A DNA stretch of 32,000 nt from Raphidiopsis brookii D9 (GTDB lineage Bacteria; Cyanobacteriota; Cyanobacteriia; Cyanobacteriales; Nostocaceae), in assembly GCA_000175855.1 (NCBI GenBank), contig ACYB01000004.1, positions 90,001-122,000 on the forward strand, in the 5' to 3' direction. Numbering within the stretch: position 1 is the stretch's first letter; each line of letters begins with the position of its first letter. The notes under the pieces were generated by a model. That model saw only the letters and a list, made by a program, of their open reading frames with translations, was not told where the DNA came from and did no database searches. The translations under genes were made by a program, and so were the position numbers. Of the stretch, positions 28,308 through 32,000 are shown one piece after another.

Positions 28308-29258
28308 TTAGAGATTTGGTAGCATCTCTGAAGGAAGTGTTCTAACCCAATCAGCCATGACTTTTAAACCCGATTTTAAATCGGTTCTGGGAACCCAGTC
28401 TAAATCACCAACCAAGCTCGAATTATCCCCATAAATGCCAAATTGATCCTTTGGCGTTCCATCCCCAAAGGTAATTGGATATTCATCGGCTTTTTTCCCA
28501 AAAGCGTCTAAAATATAATCGATTAACTCCCATACATACGTCTTTGTTCCAGTTGACACGTTGTATATCTTTCCAGATGCTCTATTATCTAACGACTTCA
28601 CAAAAGCATCTACGACATCATCGACATAAATAAAATCACGAAATCTATCTTTGGAGCCTTTGACATGGATGGGAACATTCTTTGCAACGTAACTCATAAA
28701 TATGCTTACCATGCCCTGCTTCATATTCTTCATGTCTTGAAGAGGACCGTACACATTGAACAAGCGAAGGCATGTAGTATGAATCCCAAATCCCTGATAA
28801 ATCTTACATAGATATTCAGATGCCACTTTACCAACCGAATAAGGGGATGGCGGTTTTATTTCGGAATCTTCACTCACGGGGAGATTCAAAGGATCCCCAT
28901 AGATATTCATTGTGCTAGCAAATATAAACCTTGGGACTCTCTTAGCTAACGCCCACTTGAGTAAAAAAATTGTTGACAGTGCATTGGCCTTGAGGTCATA
29001 TGTCGGATTTTCGAAAGACAACTCTTGACCAACATGTGATGCCAAGTGAAATATCGCATCAACTCCGTTATCCGGGAGAAGAGAAAATGAATCCTCAGTC
29101 GTCAAGTCCATCCAGATAAAGTGAGCTCCTCCAGGTATGTTTCGCTCATGACCGGATGAGAGATTGTCAACCACTATTACATCCCACCCGTCATCAATGA
29201 GCCGCACTACAAGATGGGATCCAATGAAACCGGCTCCCCCAGTAACTATTGCCTTCAT
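28308..29258 (-). CDS. NAD-dependent epimerase/dehydratase (extended SDR)
   Basis: KAIVTGGAGFIGSHLVVRLIDDGWDVIVVDNLSSG; PPSPYSVGKVASEYLC; DFIYVDDVVDAF. Confidence 0.92.
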   Translation of the reverse strand: MKAIVTGGAGFIGSHLVVRLIDDGWDVIVVDNLSSGHERNIPGGAHFIWMDLTTEDSFSLLPDNGVDAIFHLASHVGQELSFENPTYDLKANALSTIFLLKWALAKRVPRFIFASTMNIYGDPLNLPVSEDSEIKPPSPYSVGKVASEYLCKIYQGFGIHTTCLRLFNVYGPLQDMKNMKQGMVSIFMSYVAKNVPIHVKGSKDRFRDFIYVDDVVDAFVKSLDNRASGKIYNVSTGTKTYVWELIDYILDAFGKKADEYPITFGDGTPKDQFGIYGDNSSLVGDLDWVPRTDLKSGLKVMADWVRTLPSEMLPNL

Positions 29259-30112
29259 TTTTCCTCCTTCTGTCGTAAGCGTGATTTAACTTCCCACACC
29301 CCGAATCTGGTTTCCAATTGTTGCACTTGCTCCATACCTAGTGAGCTTCGAACCTTTAGCTCATTATTAAAATATGCAATAGACACGTCATCTTGACAGA
29401 TTTTTTGATAATCTCCAGCAAGGGATTTTACCTTGCCCCATCTTTTTTTTAGGAAGTTCTCAGCTTCAATCGAATGTGATTGGCATACATTTCCCTCAAT
29501 AGAGTTGATTGCTTTAAGTCCAAGTTTTTTCCTAGTCAGGTTTATATATGCGGTGTCCGTATGGAGAAATGTATAGTATGCATCGTCAACCGCGACTACA
29601 CTACCATCTTTTAAAAAGGGATCGACCAGATTGAGCTCACCTTCCACATTTTCCCATACATGCTCACTGTCATGCATAGTAAAGTGTACAGTGTCTGTCC
29701 ACTCGGAAGTAATACCAATGCCTAAGTATGGAGATCGACTGTTGTAGCCAATAAGTTTCCAGACAGAATTAATATTGGCACTAAATAGAGTACAAATAGT
29801 TTCAACGCAGGCAGTACGAATTTCTGAACCTTTTTTCGAGTTAAAGTCCCATGTTAAAGCTAACCCATGGTGCTTGATTGCATAGAAAACTATCGCAATC
29901 GAGCTAGCACCAACACCTGTCTCAATCAAACATAGTTTTTCACCTGTTATGGTTGCACGATTACCCAAGTCATGAATTATGGTACAAATTGTAGCGAACT
30001 CAGAATCTGGAATTGAATTTATCCATCGCGGTAACAGCCGTTTTACAGAAATCAGATAATTAATCTCTTCATCTAAGTTTTTAGGACATGATCCTAGGAA
30101 AAAATCGTACAT
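29255..30112 (-). CDS. predicted SAM-dependent methyltransferase-like protein (Methyltransf_24-like)
   Basis: LCLIETGVGASSIAIVFYAIKHHGLALTWDFNSKKG; FTMHDSEHVWENVEGELNLVDPFLKDGSVVAVDDA; start overlaps the stop of the neighbouring gene by 4 nt. Confidence 0.6.
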   Translation of the reverse strand: MYDFFLGSCPKNLDEEINYLISVKRLLPRWINSIPDSEFATICTIIHDLGNRATITGEKLCLIETGVGASSIAIVFYAIKHHGLALTWDFNSKKGSEIRTACVETICTLFSANINSVWKLIGYNSRSPYLGIGITSEWTDTVHFTMHDSEHVWENVEGELNLVDPFLKDGSVVAVDDAYYTFLHTDTAYINLTRKKLGLKAINSIEGNVCQSHSIEAENFLKKRWGKVKSLAGDYQKICQDDVSIAYFNNELKVRSSLGMEQVQQLETRFGVWEVKSRLRQKEEK

Positions 30113-30275
30113 AGTAGTGACCTACATGAATGGTTATTTTAAGGGTAGCAGCGATAAAAAACTGACCTTGTTCAACAATGGGATGATTTAACCAAATTTT
30201 CAACGACTTTTAAATGGTTTCGCATCTCACTTCATCTTGCAAATATGCAACGCTAAAAAACTAGCCAGTTTAAAC

Positions 30276-31244
30276 CTAAAAGATTTCGGTATAATTTCGA
30301 GCCGGCTTCGCTGAGTCGAGTCCAATTATTGCGGCACGTCCCATTGCTAAAACAGCCTCCCCGGTGCTTCCCCCAATGTGTCCAGTGGCAATCAAATTAG
30401 GTAAATTGAGAAGTTCCAAATCCAGTGGTGGCTCTTCATTAAATACGTCTAATGCGGCTCCCGCCAAGTAGCCATCTTTCAAAAGCTGCTTGAGACCAGA
30501 CTCGTCTACAATCCCACCACGAGCAAAGTTAATGAGACATGCTCCTTTTTTCATTAGTTTTAACCGCTCAAGACTAAACATCTTGCGAGTGGAGATATCC
30601 AGGGGGAGATGAATGGTTACCACATCTGCATCAGAAAGAAGGTCTTCTAACGATACTGGAACAATGTCTTTGGCTATATAGAACTCTGCATAGTTCTTGA
30701 TATCGTGTGCGAGAATACGACAACCAAACCCACTTAACAAAATGGCAACCTCTTTACCAATGTGACCGCAACCGACTATGCCAACTGTCTTTCCAGTTAG
30801 TTGACGACCTTGTAATTGCCGCCATTGACCTGCTCGTACTTCCGCATGACTTTCGGAAGTTCGATGCAATAAGGAAATCGCAGCGGCAATAACCATTTCC
30901 GCCACAGAGCGCCTGTTTACCCCACCTTTCCAACCTAATTGGACTCCGTGACGATCCATAGCTTCAAGATCAATCGTGTCTAGTCCGACTCCATACTTGC
31001 TGATAACTTTCAATTGAGGTAGCTGTGCTAAAAGATTTTCGTCAATTTTCTCAAGCGCAGTGATGGCTTTGTCGTGACCTTGTAGAAACTCTACAAGGTC
31101 ATTTCCTGCCAATACTTGGCCAGATTCGTTAAATGTTACTTGTGCGTAACTGGCAAGAAGTTCTTGACGTAGATCGAAATGACGCGAAAACGAACGGGAT
31201 GTAACGGCAACTCGGCTAGTTGTATTAAGTACTTTATTAGCCAT
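30276..31244 (-). CDS. D-isomer-specific 2-hydroxyacid dehydrogenase (phosphoglycerate dehydrogenase-like)
   Basis: GKTVGIVGCGHIGKEVAILLSGFGCRILAHD; MKKGACLINFARGGIVDESGL; GAALDVFNEEPP; ATGHIGGSTGEA. Confidence 0.92.
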   Translation of the reverse strand: MANKVLNTTSRVAVTSRSFSRHFDLRQELLASYAQVTFNESGQVLAGNDLVEFLQGHDKAITALEKIDENLLAQLPQLKVISKYGVGLDTIDLEAMDRHGVQLGWKGGVNRRSVAEMVIAAAISLLHRTSESHAEVRAGQWRQLQGRQLTGKTVGIVGCGHIGKEVAILLSGFGCRILAHDIKNYAEFYIAKDIVPVSLEDLLSDADVVTIHLPLDISTRKMFSLERLKLMKKGACLINFARGGIVDESGLKQLLKDGYLAGAALDVFNEEPPLDLELLNLPNLIATGHIGGSTGEAVLAMGRAAIIGLDSAKPARNYTEIF

Positions 31245-32000
31245 AGGGAAGCACGTCTAAAAAATAGTTATTACAGATAGTACAAAACTCCTCAGAATTA
31301 TCGATCAGTGTGCGTTTCGGCAGACCTGCAGCGTCAAGCAAAATCAAGCTTAGTTGAGTACCAATATTCTTTTTATCTTTGCTAAGGGCAGCAAAAAACC
31401 TATCTCGCGGAACCTCAACCGTATGAAATCCTTCAGAATTTTTCATTAATGTGGGATGCATTCGATTAAAGTGATCATCGGAAACATGACCCAATTGCAT
31501 GGCGACGTGATTTGCAAGATCCATCCCTATAGTAACCGCAATTCCATGTGGAACAAAAAAATCAGTTGCAGCTTCTATAGCATGTCCAAAACTGTGACCG
31601 TAATTCATAACGTTGCGCGGACCAGTGTCAAATTCATCTGATTCAATAAAGGTTTTCTTTATTTCAAGCGATCGATTTATAAAATACCGAAGTAGATTAT
31701 GATCAGTTTTTAACTGATCCTGGACTGCGGCAATTTCGTCATAATGACTGGGCCCTGCAATTGCGTGAACTTTCAATATTTCTCCAATTCCCGAGCGAAA
31801 GTCGACTTCCTTAAGAGTTTTCAAGATATCAGGATCGATGGTAATCTGATTCGGTGGGCAATAGGTCCCTAGAATGTTCTTGACAGGTCCCACATTAATT
31901 GAACTTTTTGAGCCTATACAGGAATCAGCCTGGGCCAGGAGAGTTGTAGGATAAAACTCCCACGCCACCCCCCGTAGCAAAGTAGTTGCTAAAAAAGCTG
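31237..32000 (-). CDS. 3-dehydroquinate synthase-like sugar phosphate cyclase (partial; continues past the window)
   Basis: The frame continues upstream of the track's TTG start as AFLATTLLRGVAWEFYPTTLLAQADSCIGSKSSINVGPVKNILGTY; SGIGEILKVHAIAG; NYGHSFGHAIEAAT metal-site motif. Confidence 0.88.
   Translation of the reverse strand, partial: AFLATTLLRGVAWEFYPTTLLAQADSCIGSKSSINVGPVKNILGTYCPPNQITIDPDILKTLKEVDFRSGIGEILKVHAIAGPSHYDEIAAVQDQLKTDHNLLRYFINRSLEIKKTFIESDEFDTGPRNVMNYGHSFGHAIEAATDFFVPHGIAVTIGMDLANHVAMQLGHVSDDHFNRMHPTLMKNSEGFHTVEVPRDRFFAALSKDKKNIGTQLSLILLDAAGLPKRTLIDNSEEFCTICNNYFLDVLPYG

Overview
This window is cyanobacterial, judging from the many GCGATCGC (HIP1) sites and the protein families; I suspect a Nostocales genome but cannot confirm the genus. 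The left part (1-5 kb) holds ordinary genes: family-4 uracil-DNA glycosylase, a lipid-A-disaccharide-synthase-related protein and an RND efflux pump. Positions 5.4-8.6 kb are a decayed accessory zone with two DUF29 proteins, an interrupted small ORF, an Rpn/DUF2887-DUF4351-like PD-(D/E)XK protein and a DUF3782-like remnant. From about 8.86 kb rightward there is an IS1-family element abutting a truncated galE, followed by a long minus-strand surface-polysaccharide (O-antigen/exopolysaccharide) cluster. The cluster encodes glycosyltransferases, a nucleotide-sugar dehydrogenase, an asparagine-synthase-like amidotransferase, a Wzy-like membrane protein, a PLP aminotransferase, rfbF/rfbG, an RmlC-like epimerase, several SAM methyltransferases, an NAD epimerase, a D-2-hydroxyacid dehydrogenase and, at the window edge, a dehydroquinate-synthase-like sugar phosphate cyclase. 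The points most worth following up are: (1) a non-coding tandem array of five 150-177 bp units (19058-19840) between two paralogous GT2 genes; (2) a duplication scar in which the tail of the aminotransferase gene is copied upstream of the downstream GT2 paralog; (3) the sugar-phosphate-cyclase-like plus 2-hydroxyacid dehydrogenase pair in a polysaccharide locus; (4) mobile-element debris, including a 76-bp TIR-bounded sequence, a solo IS end and a possible IS200/IS605 end. No CRISPR array, RNA gene or clearly new defence system was recognised.
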